42,165 nt of DNA from a virus (lineage: Duplodnaviria; Caudoviricetes): the IMG/VR virus record IMGVR_UViG_3300020045_006727, positions 1-42,165 of that record, one strand, 5' to 3'. Each line of letters opens with the position of its first letter. Positions within the stretch are counted from its first letter, which is position 1. Positions 25,810 to 35,777 of the stretch are shown in pieces. Below the pieces are notes generated by a model. It made no database searches and was not told where the DNA came from. It saw only the letters and a program-made list of their open reading frames with translations. The position numbers and the translations under genes are program-made.

Positions 25810-26277
25810 ATGAGAAATTACGCAGCAGGAATGCCCGTCGGAGATAACCAAATGCCTATCTCGCAGAATACGCCAGCGCCATACAAGGCGATTGCTACCC
25901 TTACCAAGGACTCAGGAAACAATGTATCGTCTATCCTCGTACTGACCGATAACACGACTGCAATCGAAGTTAGCGCCGCAGGTGCTCCTGCCTATATCAG
26001 ATGGCTTTCGCAGTCTCTGGTTGACTCAAGCGTCGCAGGAACGTCAGTGCTTGCGACGGGGGCAGCAAACTACGACCACATCGTTCCTGCCGCATCAGTG
26101 CGGAGGTTTGTTGTACCTGTCTCTACTGACACAAACAAAACGGTAGGTGCCACTGCTACGTCAGTTGTAGGACAGAATGTAGAGTACGGACTGTTCAAGA
26201 ATGTCGGGCTGATAGGTACCGGCGCCATTACGTCCATTATCAGTGTTACACAGTACGGTAAGTCTAATAGTTACTAA
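25810..26277 (+). CDS. Putative virion (head decoration) protein
   Basis: S/T/V/G-rich, located in the head module. Confidence 0.6.
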   Translation: MRNYAAGMPVGDNQMPISQNTPAPYKAIATLTKDSGNNVSSILVLTDNTTAIEVSAAGAPAYIRWLSQSLVDSSVAGTSVLATGAANYDHIVPAASVRRFVVPVSTDTNKTVGATATSVVGQNVEYGLFKNVGLIGTGAITSIISVTQYGKSNSY

Positions 26278-26278
26278 C

Positions 26279-26425
26279 ATGAAAAAGAAAGAAGTTATCG
26301 AAGAAATAGAAACGGAAGTAGTAGAAGAACAACCTATTACTCCCATAGACGTTGATTTTTCGAGTGAGCAACTAAACAATCTCGCTCGTAAACTCAACGA
26401 AGTCATTGCATGCCTAAACAAATGA
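26279..26425 (+). CDS. Small hypothetical protein
   Basis: MKKKEVIEE...LARKLNEVI. Confidence 0.55.
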   Translation: MKKKEVIEEIETEVVEEQPITPIDVDFSSEQLNNLARKLNEVIACLNK

Positions 26426-26529
26426 AACAGAAACGCATGCACCGCAGTACAGTGAAATCTGTCGCCAGAAGGACTTTCGGCGGCAGGTCGAGCTGAAAGG
26501 TCGAGATTACTAACTAATAAAAGAAACGT

Positions 26530-27036
26530 ATGTCAATCAGATTACCTCTCAAAACAATAGGAACATTCACCGCAGCAGCAAACGAAACAGGTGCTGGGTC
26601 AGTATCAGGAGGCATTCCGTACACATTCACCATCCCGCAGGATTCAGACAACATTGTTGTCAAACTCACTGCATCAGTGGTGGGTGCGTACTCGGCGGTG
26701 CTTCAGACCACTGACGATGGTGGTACCACGTGGTACGACGTGTCGCGCACGTCTGTTGTTTCAAACGCAAACAATACACTCGCAACGTGGTGCCTTGGTC
26801 AAGTAAACGGCGGTGGTGTTGCGACAGCGCAGAACAACTTTCCTACCGCTTCACTCTTGAGCGTTGGTATCCGCAGTACGGCAGCGTCAACACTTGCTGC
26901 TAACCAGATATCGGGTCTTCCGATACTCAGCCAGCAAGCACGTGTGTTCATCAGAATCACTGGTGATATCACTGACGCTGCTGCAAACACCTACACCGCA
27001 ACAGTTATGGTGAACAGCCAGTCGGCGACAGCCTAG
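26530..27036 (+). CDS. Putative virion protein (beta-rich, QTTDDGGTTWYDV)
   Basis: Asp-box-like motif; S/T/A-rich. Confidence 0.65.
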   Translation: MSIRLPLKTIGTFTAAANETGAGSVSGGIPYTFTIPQDSDNIVVKLTASVVGAYSAVLQTTDDGGTTWYDVSRTSVVSNANNTLATWCLGQVNGGGVATAQNNFPTASLLSVGIRSTAASTLAANQISGLPILSQQARVFIRITGDITDAAANTYTATVMVNSQSATA

Positions 27037-27048
27037 GGCAACCGCGTA

Positions 27049-27405
27049 ATGAATAACTCACTTGCCACCTTTGCCGTAGATATCTCCGAGTCTCCTGTTG
27101 ATGTAACACCTCAGTTACAGGAACGGGAGGCAAAACTCGGAAGAATCATTGAGGCATTGCAGGCAGTGAGAGAATCAAAAGCGTGGAGTACCTTGAAAAC
27201 AGAAATCTTCGATGACCTCACGACGCGATATTCGAAAGAACTCGCGGCTGAGGCTAAGAAGGACAACCCTGAGTCGAACAAGCTCAATAGGATTGCCGGT
27301 CAGCTCGCATGGGCTGAACGCTACGCAGACCTTGCAAAGCTCGAGACGACATACAGGACAGAATTAACAGGCATTAGAAAAAAACTACAAGAACCACATG
27401 ACTAA
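27049..27405 (+). CDS. Hypothetical helical protein (head module)
   Basis: ATG ORF with an S.AW..LK pattern typical of genes between portal and scaffold. Confidence 0.65.
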   Translation: MNNSLATFAVDISESPVDVTPQLQEREAKLGRIIEALQAVRESKAWSTLKTEIFDDLTTRYSKELAAEAKKDNPESNKLNRIAGQLAWAERYADLAKLETTYRTELTGIRKKLQEPHD

Positions 27406-27775
27406 CCAGTCCGCGACGGAGCGCGACACGGCTCCTGATACCTTACCCAGACAAATGCAAGTTGAGCGACAGGGCGACACACCGTCCCCTGTTTCCCGAC
27501 GGTTTCCTCAGGTGCGCGGCGGCATCTGTGAGTACTGCGGGGTGCTTGACCAGAATCAGCCTTCACAAATGCAGTACAAGCTCTGTCCCCATTATCGTGG
27601 ACTGCAGCTCCAGTGCTCGTATTGTGAAGCTGGAAAAGACGCCGATGACGTGATTTATCACGCCAACATGAACGTAGCAGAGCATCCGGACAAACCGGGA
27701 AGGCTCGTAGTCTGGTGCGATTCATTCGACTGCTCCAAGAAACACTTGGAAAAGTGGAATTACGCATCTCGATAG
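27398..27775 (+). CDS. Cys-rich putative zinc-binding protein
   Basis: CEYC, CPH, CSYC, CDSFDC..KH. Confidence 0.65.
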   Translation: MTNQSATERDTAPDTLPRQMQVERQGDTPSPVSRRFPQVRGGICEYCGVLDQNQPSQMQYKLCPHYRGLQLQCSYCEAGKDADDVIYHANMNVAEHPDKPGRLVVWCDSFDCSKKHLEKWNYASR

Positions 27776-27838
27776 ATATTACTCGTGAGCAGCGGTTCGC
27801 CACCCTGCAACCATTGTTACCAAATAAATTAAATATAT

Positions 27839-28303
27839 ATGGCAGACGAACTTACTACCCAATCCACGCAAGAGCTCGAGGCTCAAAATAAAGAGTCAGA
27901 AGCCCAGCGACGGATTAACCAGCTCTCTGAAAAAGTACGATTGACCAGTGAAGAGCGTGACGAGATAAAACGGCTCGCCGACGAGAAAGACGCTAAGTTA
28001 GCAGAAACCTCTCGTGAACGTGACTTCTTCGCAGGCTTCTCTGACATGGTAGCGACCAACCCTGCTGCTAAAGATCATAAAGATGATATTTTGGCGAAGG
28101 TGAAAGGTGGCTACACTGTCGAGGATGCTACCTATGCAGTGCTCGGCAAAGCAGGAAAACTTGGCTCACACGCACAAGCTCCTCAAAGCCCAGCCGGTGG
28201 GTCATCAGACACCACTATTTCACAGGGTGGCTCGAAGTCAGCAGGAGAAATGACGCAGGCAGAACGCCGTGCGATGCTCGAAAAAGAGCTCTTCATCTCA
28301 TAG
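27839..28303 (+). CDS. Capsid scaffolding protein
   Basis: Coiled-coil (AQRRINQL), charged, immediately upstream of the MCP. Confidence 0.7.
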   Translation: MADELTTQSTQELEAQNKESEAQRRINQLSEKVRLTSEERDEIKRLADEKDAKLAETSRERDFFAGFSDMVATNPAAKDHKDDILAKVKGGYTVEDATYAVLGKAGKLGSHAQAPQSPAGGSSDTTISQGGSKSAGEMTQAERRAMLEKELFIS

Positions 28304-28328
28304 TACATACCCAGAGAGTCTTACTTAA

Positions 28329-29426
28329 ATGGCAGTTACAGCACGCGGTTCAAGTTGGGGTGGGGCAAGTGCCAACACCTCCGAACTCCTCGTTGCCTAC
28401 ATCACTGAGCGCATTCGCACACTTGAGCCTGAGCTCCAGTATGCACGCCTCGGTACTAGACGCGATGCCCCGAAAGGGTTTGACCGCATCATGTTCCCTC
28501 AAGTCAACCAAGTCCCTGTCAAAATCAACGTGAACATCAACTCGTCAGTGACGAGCTTCGGTTCATATGTTGGTGGCGGCATTGGAGGCTCGGTGGCTGC
28601 CGGTGGTAATGCGTCTGTCGAAGGACAGGCTAACATTGCTCCTGGCGCACCGGTTTCTTCAACAGCCGGTGTTGCCGCAATCGTCGAAGGTACCAACCCT
28701 ACATCAGTGACGTGGGGTGCTACGTCGTACGGTTCCGGTCCGTTCCAATTTGGAATTCTTATTCAGGTGACCGACCTTCTTGTTCGTGACTCAGCAATAG
28801 AAGTTGTTGATTCATGTTCAGAAGAAGTCATGAAGTCCATGGCTCGCCTTGTTGACACCGTCATTCAGACTGTCGTCAACTCAGGTGTCAATGGCGTTAT
28901 TTACGCAGGTGGTAAAACAGCACGCACTGGCCTCGCCGCTGGTGACATCTTGACTCAAACCGAGATGATAAAGGGTGTTCGTAACCTCCGCGCTGCAAAT
29001 GCAGCTGGCGTAAAGCCATTCGATGGCAAGTACTATGTGGGCGTCATCCATCCGAACGTGATGGCAGACCTCATGTCGAACTCGCAGACAGGCGCATGGC
29101 AGGATATGGCTCGTTACTCCTCAGTGGACGATGTCCGCGAAGGGAAGATGGGCGATTTCCGTGGTATTCGCTACTTGGAGTCGGCTTACCAGAACTACTA
29201 CAACTCAACCACAACCGTCTATCCGACAACGTTGGTTGGAGACCAGTCGTTCGGATGGGGCTACTTCCAACAGCCAACACCTATCCTGGTTACTACTCCA
29301 GACAGCAACAACCCGTTGAACCTCTTCACCTCAATTGGTGGAAAAGTTACCTTGGGTGTTACTCGTTTCGAGGACAAGCCGTGGGTGTACCGCATCGTTC
29401 GCGCAGAATCAGCAGCAACGACATAG
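28329..29426 (+). CDS. Major capsid protein (N4-gp56-like HK97 fold)
   Basis: EGTNP, QFG.LIQVTD, YVGVIHP....DL, G.MGDFRGIRYLES, D..NPLN; followed by a hairpin. Confidence 0.88.
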   Translation: MAVTARGSSWGGASANTSELLVAYITERIRTLEPELQYARLGTRRDAPKGFDRIMFPQVNQVPVKINVNINSSVTSFGSYVGGGIGGSVAAGGNASVEGQANIAPGAPVSSTAGVAAIVEGTNPTSVTWGATSYGSGPFQFGILIQVTDLLVRDSAIEVVDSCSEEVMKSMARLVDTVIQTVVNSGVNGVIYAGGKTARTGLAAGDILTQTEMIKGVRNLRAANAAGVKPFDGKYYVGVIHPNVMADLMSNSQTGAWQDMARYSSVDDVREGKMGDFRGIRYLESAYQNYYNSTTTVYPTTLVGDQSFGWGYFQQPTPILVTTPDSNNPLNLFTSIGGKVTLGVTRFEDKPWVYRIVRAESAATT

Positions 29427-29434
29427 TGTTTGCT

Positions 29435-29461
29435 TCCTTAGCCCCTTCTGGGGGTTAGGAT
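29435..29461 (+). terminator. Hairpin after the MCP gene (possible terminator or processing site)
   Basis: tccttagcccc-ttct-gggggttagga; no clear U-tract. Confidence 0.5.
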
Positions 29462-29473
29462 AAGAAAATATAT

Positions 29474-29701
29474 ATGGAATATAAGGAACAAGTCGAACAA
29501 ATAGCTGAGGCTTTTAGAAAAGTATTGAGTGAGGGGTTAGAAGGGCAGTCAGAAAATCAGCGAGTCATACTTATCAAACGCATCCCCATTATTTGTAACG
29601 ACATTCTCGAAATAAAATCTGATATGAAATGGGTCAAGTGGTTGGTGATGGGTATCGGGGGCGCGATTGGGATTTTAGCACTAACGTACCTCATGAAATA
29701 A
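29474..29701 (+). CDS. Small protein with C-terminal TM helix
   Basis: IKSDMKWVKWLVMGIGGAIGILAL. Confidence 0.65.
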   Translation: MEYKEQVEQIAEAFRKVLSEGLEGQSENQRVILIKRIPIICNDILEIKSDMKWVKWLVMGIGGAIGILALTYLMK

Positions 29702-29702
29702 T

Positions 29703-30389
29703 ATGGCAACCTCAGTACTTTCAGCAATCACCTATGCACAGCAACTAGCACAAACCGATTATAATGGTATTGGAAGCGTGCTGGGGCTTGCGCTCTACAA
29801 TGACGCACTGCAGACGATGACGCGTGACCTCTTGAACAAGAACATTGACGCAGCACAAACACAGGAAGCATACCGCACACTCACCACCGATAGCCCGAAT
29901 ACGTATTTGTGGCCGACTGACATGTACTCTCTCAAGACTATCGAAGTGAACTGGGGAGACCAGACCGCACAAAACTACATTCAGGCACGACCTATCGACG
30001 TGGCGAACATACAAGACCGTTCATTCTCGTGGCTCCGTGCCAATCAACCAGAAAGTGACCCACTGTTCGATAACCGTGGTGACCAGTTTGAGATATTTCC
30101 CACACCAACCATCGCAAATGCACAGGGTATTCGTATCTTCTACTTCTTAACCCCTACAGAAGTGACGACGGTGGAACAGGGTATCCAGTATCCCCAGACA
30201 CTCGATTATCGAGCGCTCTCAGCACTGATGGCGTCACGGTACTACAAGACACAAAATGACACCGAGATGGCCACGGTATACGCGCAGGAGTACACCGAGC
30301 GTATCAATAAAATTATTACCATCCTCGCTCCGGGGACACAGCAACCTATTCAGCCATCCCCTCTAAGAATGTCGGGTTGGAACTACTAA
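29703..30389 (+). CDS. Head-tail adaptor / tail tubular protein A-like
   Basis: Position after the MCP; Y.WPTD...LK.IEV and FEIFPTP motifs. Confidence 0.65.
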   Translation: MATSVLSAITYAQQLAQTDYNGIGSVLGLALYNDALQTMTRDLLNKNIDAAQTQEAYRTLTTDSPNTYLWPTDMYSLKTIEVNWGDQTAQNYIQARPIDVANIQDRSFSWLRANQPESDPLFDNRGDQFEIFPTPTIANAQGIRIFYFLTPTEVTTVEQGIQYPQTLDYRALSALMASRYYKTQNDTEMATVYAQEYTERINKIITILAPGTQQPIQPSPLRMSGWNY

Positions 30390-30392
30390 CAT

Positions 30393-30611
30393 ATGAGTTC
30401 ATGGACAACCATACCGAAACCATCAGAATCATCCGTAACATCATCAGGGGGAGGAGTACCTCTAGGGCTATTAGCCGCCATTACCGAGACTACGCAAGGC
30501 TCGTCGGTAGCTACCGGGTGGAGCGACATCGCAAAACCAACAACAGTCACATGGACCACAGTCGACAAACCCATCTCGTCAGTATGGACAAAGATAGTTA
30601 AACCCGCGTAA
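30393..30611 (+). CDS. Small virion protein with WT.I.KP repeats
   Basis: WTTIPKP, WSDIAKP, WTTVDKP, WTKIVKP. Confidence 0.65.
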   Translation: MSSWTTIPKPSESSVTSSGGGVPLGLLAAITETTQGSSVATGWSDIAKPTTVTWTTVDKPISSVWTKIVKPA

Positions 30612-30620
30612 CATTACTTT

Positions 30621-31274
30621 ATGGCAATCCCTATCACTCTCGGAACAGGTGCAGCGTCAGTCGCAGCAGAAGCAATAGGAGGCTTGCAGTACCAACAAAT
30701 TGAAATGGTGGGTGCTGGTGGCTCGTCCACCCTCTCTATCGCACCGGACGGCGCGGCAAAGGTGTCAGTCGTTGGCACTATCACCGTCACACCATCAGGC
30801 GCAGGATCAGTCATCGCAGTACTTCAGTCGTCGTCTATATTTGCAGTCCCTACCGGAAACCAGTCAGTGTCGGGTACGGTGGGCGCGTCAGTCATTGGCA
30901 ACGTCAACACGACCATCACGTCGATTGCTACCGCGAACGGTGGACTTCCTATCTTTGCTCCACTCTCAGCACGTATTCAGGGGACCGCAGACCTTCGTGT
31001 AGTACTCGGAGCTTCAGTTGCTGCTATCGCCGCACAAGGGGCTGGTGTTAGGGCATACATAGACCACGTTCAGGTGGCTAACTTTGGCTCAGCGTCTGTC
31101 CTCGTGACCATCGCCGACAACACCACCTCTATTCTTGGGTACACTATTGCGCCTGCTGGCGGTGGGTCGAACTTCGACTGCTTCTATCGCCCTGCCGCAA
31201 ACTCTCCCATTACCGCGTCGATAAATGGGACGGCATCGGTTCTGGTGTCTTTACAAGGATTCACCGGTCCATAA
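30621..31274 (+). CDS. Putative virion fibre/decoration protein
   Basis: A/S/G/V/T-rich with many xSV/xSI units. Confidence 0.65.
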   Translation: MAIPITLGTGAASVAAEAIGGLQYQQIEMVGAGGSSTLSIAPDGAAKVSVVGTITVTPSGAGSVIAVLQSSSIFAVPTGNQSVSGTVGASVIGNVNTTITSIATANGGLPIFAPLSARIQGTADLRVVLGASVAAIAAQGAGVRAYIDHVQVANFGSASVLVTIADNTTSILGYTIAPAGGGSNFDCFYRPAANSPITASINGTASVLVSLQGFTGP

Positions 31275-31275
31275 T

Positions 31276-32004
31276 ATGGCACTTACCGATAACATTGTTG
31301 CTTATTGGAAGTTTGACGAGTCAAGCGGTGACGCATCTGATGCAACGGGGAATGGTAACACCCTTACCAATACTAATACTGTCGGATACGCTGCTGCTGT
31401 CATAAACAATGGCGCAGATTTTGGAGCGGCAAATTCAAATAAAAAACTCAGCAGAGCGGGAAATTGCGGTATTGGGACTGGAGACTACACCATGACATGT
31501 TGGGTGAATATGAGCGCACAGCCAGGCGCAGATACCAACTTTCAGATTTTCAACGTTGCCAATGCGACAAACGATGTAGTGTGTCGTTTTACCTACCAAC
31601 AAAACGGTGGCTTATTCAACATGCTCTTTCAAAGAGAAAAGCCCGGGGTTGGAGACGAAAAATATACCCACAATGCTACTTTTACAACAGGTGTCTGGTA
31701 CTTTCTCGCGATGACCTTTACGAGTTCAACAATTACTCCGTATATCAACGCAAGTTCGCCAGGAACAGCATCTGCATCAGGAACGGGTCTTGCGGTGGTA
31801 GACCAAACAACCTTCGGTGTTTTGGACTTTCTAGACGTACAGTATGCGTCGTGTCTTGTTGACGAAGCCGGTATATGGACCAGGGCACTTTCTGGTACAG
31901 AAATAACTGAACTTTACAACAGCGGTGCAGGTCTTCAGTATCCGTTCACTGCTGTAGGTGCGACACGCGACGCTCGTTCGTTTTCTATTTTAGGTGTCGG
32001 ATAA
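31276..32004 (+). CDS. LamG/concanavalin-A-like lectin-domain virion protein
   Basis: VAYWKFDESSG.A.D.TGNGN, W..LAMT, VDEAGIWTRALS.TEI..LYNSG.G. Confidence 0.85.
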   Translation: MALTDNIVAYWKFDESSGDASDATGNGNTLTNTNTVGYAAAVINNGADFGAANSNKKLSRAGNCGIGTGDYTMTCWVNMSAQPGADTNFQIFNVANATNDVVCRFTYQQNGGLFNMLFQREKPGVGDEKYTHNATFTTGVWYFLAMTFTSSTITPYINASSPGTASASGTGLAVVDQTTFGVLDFLDVQYASCLVDEAGIWTRALSGTEITELYNSGAGLQYPFTAVGATRDARSFSILGVG

Positions 32005-32005
32005 T

Positions 32006-33673
32006 ATGGCAAATAAACCACAAACCATTGCCATAACGAACTTCGCTGGACGTCTCACCCGTATTTTGAATGGGGACTTGAACAGTGGATTTGCAAAGTT
32101 TACTAACTCGTTTGGCTACGATCCTTTCTCAAAACCAATGAATCTCACATGGCTTGAAACGGCAAGTGATATCACCGGCCCTATCACGGGGCTTCCACTC
32201 ACGGGGAAAGTCATCCCCTATAACTCATCGGGGCCTAACGTTCACATTCTTGACCAAGGGGGGAGATGGTACCAGATTAGTTCGTCGTCCCTTTCGAATC
32301 CAAATCTGAATAGTGTCATTGCCATACAGTCAGTAGGGGGGAGTAACTACCTCTTTGGAGCGTCTATGGAGTTCTTTGGTTCGGTAGTAGGTCAAGATGC
32401 TGTAGGGAACAGCCTGGGGTTTCTCTATGCGTCAAACGACACAACCGTGAGGCGGGTAAACCCTAATGGTTCTGCAGAAGCGGTGGTTGGGACGGCTGGT
32501 CGGTACGTGGCTAACACGTTCAAACCACTCAAGGTATTTGCGGGGAAACTCATCTTTGGTAACGGCAATACTATCGGGGCAATTGATAGCACTGGGACAG
32601 TAACGTCGAGTGTCATGAGTACCGGCCTCACCCAAACGCCTATCTACAGCGAATTAAACCCCGCCCTCGGTACTCAAGCACGGGTCATGGACCTTGAGGT
32701 ATCGCCGTCGAATGACTACATCATAATGGCAGCCGCGAACATCTTGCAGCAGGAGCGACTCGACCTGTACACGACTGACTTCCAATCGAGCGGTGGGGGG
32801 GCTGACGGTAAACTCTTTCAATGGAACGGGTCGGACGGCACAGTCACGGCAGCAACGTCCCTCCCTTCGTATGCCATCACGGCTCTTGAAACATACTTTG
32901 CAAATACCGCTTTCTTCTCGAGTGACACATTTGGAACAACGTTCAATGATGGAACCGCCAAGCGTGTCTCGCTCCCCAACAACAAAACCCCGTTTGCAAA
33001 TGCTGTTTCGGTCAACGGTAACTTTATGACGTGGGCGTGTGCTGAGTGGGACTCAACCAAACGGTACATGTCGCTCTACTACTTCGGTTCACTAGACGAG
33101 GAAAACCCAACAGGACTTTACCGTGTCCTCCGGTGGGAAACGACCCAAGCAAACGGGTTTGTGTCGCAAGTTCCCCTCAACCTCGTAGTCTCAAACAAGT
33201 ACGTCGGTATTAATAACGCAGGTACCGCCCTCTCGACACGTGGATATGGGAAACACTACATCGGCCTCAGCTCTACAAACTCAAGTACGGTAGAAGAGTA
33301 CCTCCTCTCCTTCCTTGTCACCCCCACCGGCTCAGGAACCCCACAATCAGGGGTCTACGAGACACAGACGCAGATGTTTTCAAAACGCACTGACGTGAAG
33401 CAAATTCGCGTGTACACAGAGCCAACGGTTACCGGCAATGGGTTCCGACTCGACCTCATCGGGAGTGACGGGGCAGTCATGGACAACGGCACATTCACTT
33501 ACTCATTCGTAGCAGGCTCAAATATCAACAGTCTCCAGGGAGCACTTGAACGTATCAACTTCAACCCCACTGTCGAAGCCTCATACGCCGTTGGTGTTCG
33601 AGTCACTAATACAGGGAGCACTAATATGACGATAAAGAAAATAGAACTCGATGTGTCAGAAGAAGGACGATAA
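32006..33673 (+). CDS. Putative tail nozzle / DNA stabilisation protein (P22 gp10 or T7 gp12-like)
   Basis: ~555 aa beta-rich protein in the tail module. Confidence 0.55.
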   Translation: MANKPQTIAITNFAGRLTRILNGDLNSGFAKFTNSFGYDPFSKPMNLTWLETASDITGPITGLPLTGKVIPYNSSGPNVHILDQGGRWYQISSSSLSNPNLNSVIAIQSVGGSNYLFGASMEFFGSVVGQDAVGNSLGFLYASNDTTVRRVNPNGSAEAVVGTAGRYVANTFKPLKVFAGKLIFGNGNTIGAIDSTGTVTSSVMSTGLTQTPIYSELNPALGTQARVMDLEVSPSNDYIIMAAANILQQERLDLYTTDFQSSGGGADGKLFQWNGSDGTVTAATSLPSYAITALETYFANTAFFSSDTFGTTFNDGTAKRVSLPNNKTPFANAVSVNGNFMTWACAEWDSTKRYMSLYYFGSLDEENPTGLYRVLRWETTQANGFVSQVPLNLVVSNKYVGINNAGTALSTRGYGKHYIGLSSTNSSTVEEYLLSFLVTPTGSGTPQSGVYETQTQMFSKRTDVKQIRVYTEPTVTGNGFRLDLIGSDGAVMDNGTFTYSFVAGSNINSLQGALERINFNPTVEASYAVGVRVTNTGSTNMTIKKIELDVSEEGR

Positions 33674-33674
33674 T

Positions 33675-33956
33675 ATGGAACCAGACGATAAAAGAATTGT
33701 ACAGGGAATGATAGACGAGGCGGTGCGAAAAGCAACTGCTTTTCAAACTCGTAAAATAGGTGACACGCCAACTGACGATATACAGCTTGTACCACGCAAG
33801 TACGTGACTATGAATGGCTCTGTCGCTGGAAGACCCATAGCATCAATAGCAACAGTAGGACAGCGTTACTTTGCGAGCGATACTAATATCCCTATGTATT
33901 TTACCGCACAACAGACGTGGGTGAATGGTGTGGGGAGCGTCGTCGCACTTTCATAA
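33675..33956 (+). CDS. Small virion protein
   Basis: RP....VGQRYF.SDTN.P.Y.....WVNG.G pattern. Confidence 0.65.
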   Translation: MEPDDKRIVQGMIDEAVRKATAFQTRKIGDTPTDDIQLVPRKYVTMNGSVAGRPIASIATVGQRYFASDTNIPMYFTAQQTWVNGVGSVVALS

Positions 33957-33970
33957 TATATAATTACTCT

Positions 33971-35776
33971 ATGGCAATCACTCCACAACCAGGGTACATA
34001 GTAGATCCAAATAATCCAAACGGTGTTATTCGTGACCCGAACGCCACTGTCAGCTTTGGCAACATGAGCCTAGGGGCGACGAACACACAGCCGGTTGCAC
34101 AGTCCCCAGTATCACCATCTCCCCTCCCCCCAACACCAGCAGCCCCCACAGCACCGACTCCCTCCCCCTATCAGCCGTCGCCTGTACAGCCACAGGGCAC
34201 AGGACTCACTATGCCGGCCAATGGGTCGGTGGTAGACCTCCTCAATATGGCAGGGCAAGACTCGTCGTTTGCTGCTCGACAACAACTCGCCCAACAATAT
34301 GGTATTCAAGGATACACCGGCACGGCGTCACAAAACCAAGAACTCTCCAAGAAGTATCTCGACGCGTATAACGCTAACAAGGGTAGTGCGACACCTCAAA
34401 CTGGTGCTCAAGCGTCGTCTGCCCTCGATAGCTACTTCCAGCAGCAGCAACCAGTCGATACACCACAAGACCCGACTCGTGCGTTCATGGACGTATTTGC
34501 TGGGATGAACCCTATTGAGGCAAACATCTTTCAGCAACTCTCCGGTCTCCTTTCTTAAACACAAAACCAGCAGTCGTTCACGGAACTCTATCAACAAGAA
34601 TTTGCTAACCAGGGTATTCCTGGACTTCAAATGGAACTTGCGGACATGGAGCGTATTATGAGCGGTACCGAGGACGACATCCGCGCAGAAATAACCAACG
34701 CGGGAGGATTTGCCACTGAGTCACAGGTACAAGCCCTCACTGGTGCGCGTAATAAGACCCTTTTAAAGAAAGCAAACTATCTCTCAAACGTCTTGCAGGC
34801 AAAGAACGACTATGTAGACCGCATTGTATCTCTCACGCAAGCGGATAGAAAACAAGTCAGTGAAGACTTAGACAGAAAACTCGGTATCACCAAAACCCTC
34901 TTTGACATGAGTCAGAGTATGACCAATGCGGCGAGGGATAACTTTAAGACGATAGTGAACTCTGTTGGTTGGGAAGGACTTGCACAGTCCATTGGAGATA
35001 ACCCTCAGTCGCAAGCGTATGTTGAGAACCTGTTCGGTCTCCCTGAGGGTGGGCTTGAGTACCTTTCTTCGTACAAAAAACCATTGACCGCAAGCGAGCA
35101 ATTAGATTTAGACAACCAACGACTTCAGAACTTGAAACTACAACGCGATCTGGCCGGCGGAAGTGGAGGAGATAACCTTCAGTTCATTTCTGGTTCCGCG
35201 AACCAACCTGCTGGTGTATTTAATAAAAGTACAGGGGTGTTTACACCAATCACCGGCTCTAAAGACGACACACTACAAATTGCGTATCAACAAGGTACCA
35301 TCAACGAAATTGATAATCTTGTAAAAAGCGCTGCCTTAGGTGGTGCCGTCGGGCCGAGCCACTCTTTGGGGCTCATCGGTACTAACATTGGTCGCTCTAT
35401 ATTTGATTTTTCTGCAGAAAAAAGCAACTTTATTGCAGGTGTAGAGCAGCTCAGAGAGCAATTAACACTCGACAAACTTATCCAAGCAAAAGCAAGTGGC
35501 GCAACGTTCGGCGCACTTTCTGACGGTGAAAGACAAACACTTGCTGCTGCAGCAACTAAGTTAGGTACATACGCTGTAAAAGACAAAAACGGAAACATAA
35601 TAGGATACAATGCAAACGAGTCAGACTTCAAAGCCGAACTGAACAAAATCAACAACTTTGCACGGTTAGATTACATCCTCAAAGGAGGCGATCCCGCATC
35701 GGTTGGTGTTCAGGCTCTCCCAGATGGTACGTTTTGGGTACGAAATGCCGACGGTTCTCTAACTAAAATTAGATAA
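33971..35776 (+). CDS. Putative DNA ejection / internal virion protein with DUF3597-like domain, interrupted by one in-frame TAA (34556-34558)
   Basis: The two ORFs are in the same frame and the linker reads TQNQQSFTELYQQEFANQGIPGLQ; SVVDLL...DSSFAARQQLA..YGI.GY.GTA.QN; GATFGALSDGE. Confidence 0.7.
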
Positions 35777-35777
35777 T

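Noticed and set aside
34556-34558. Genome-wide stop-codon reassignment
   Set aside because: TAA, TGA and TAG all terminate well-defined genes with tight coupling; only one internal stop was seen.
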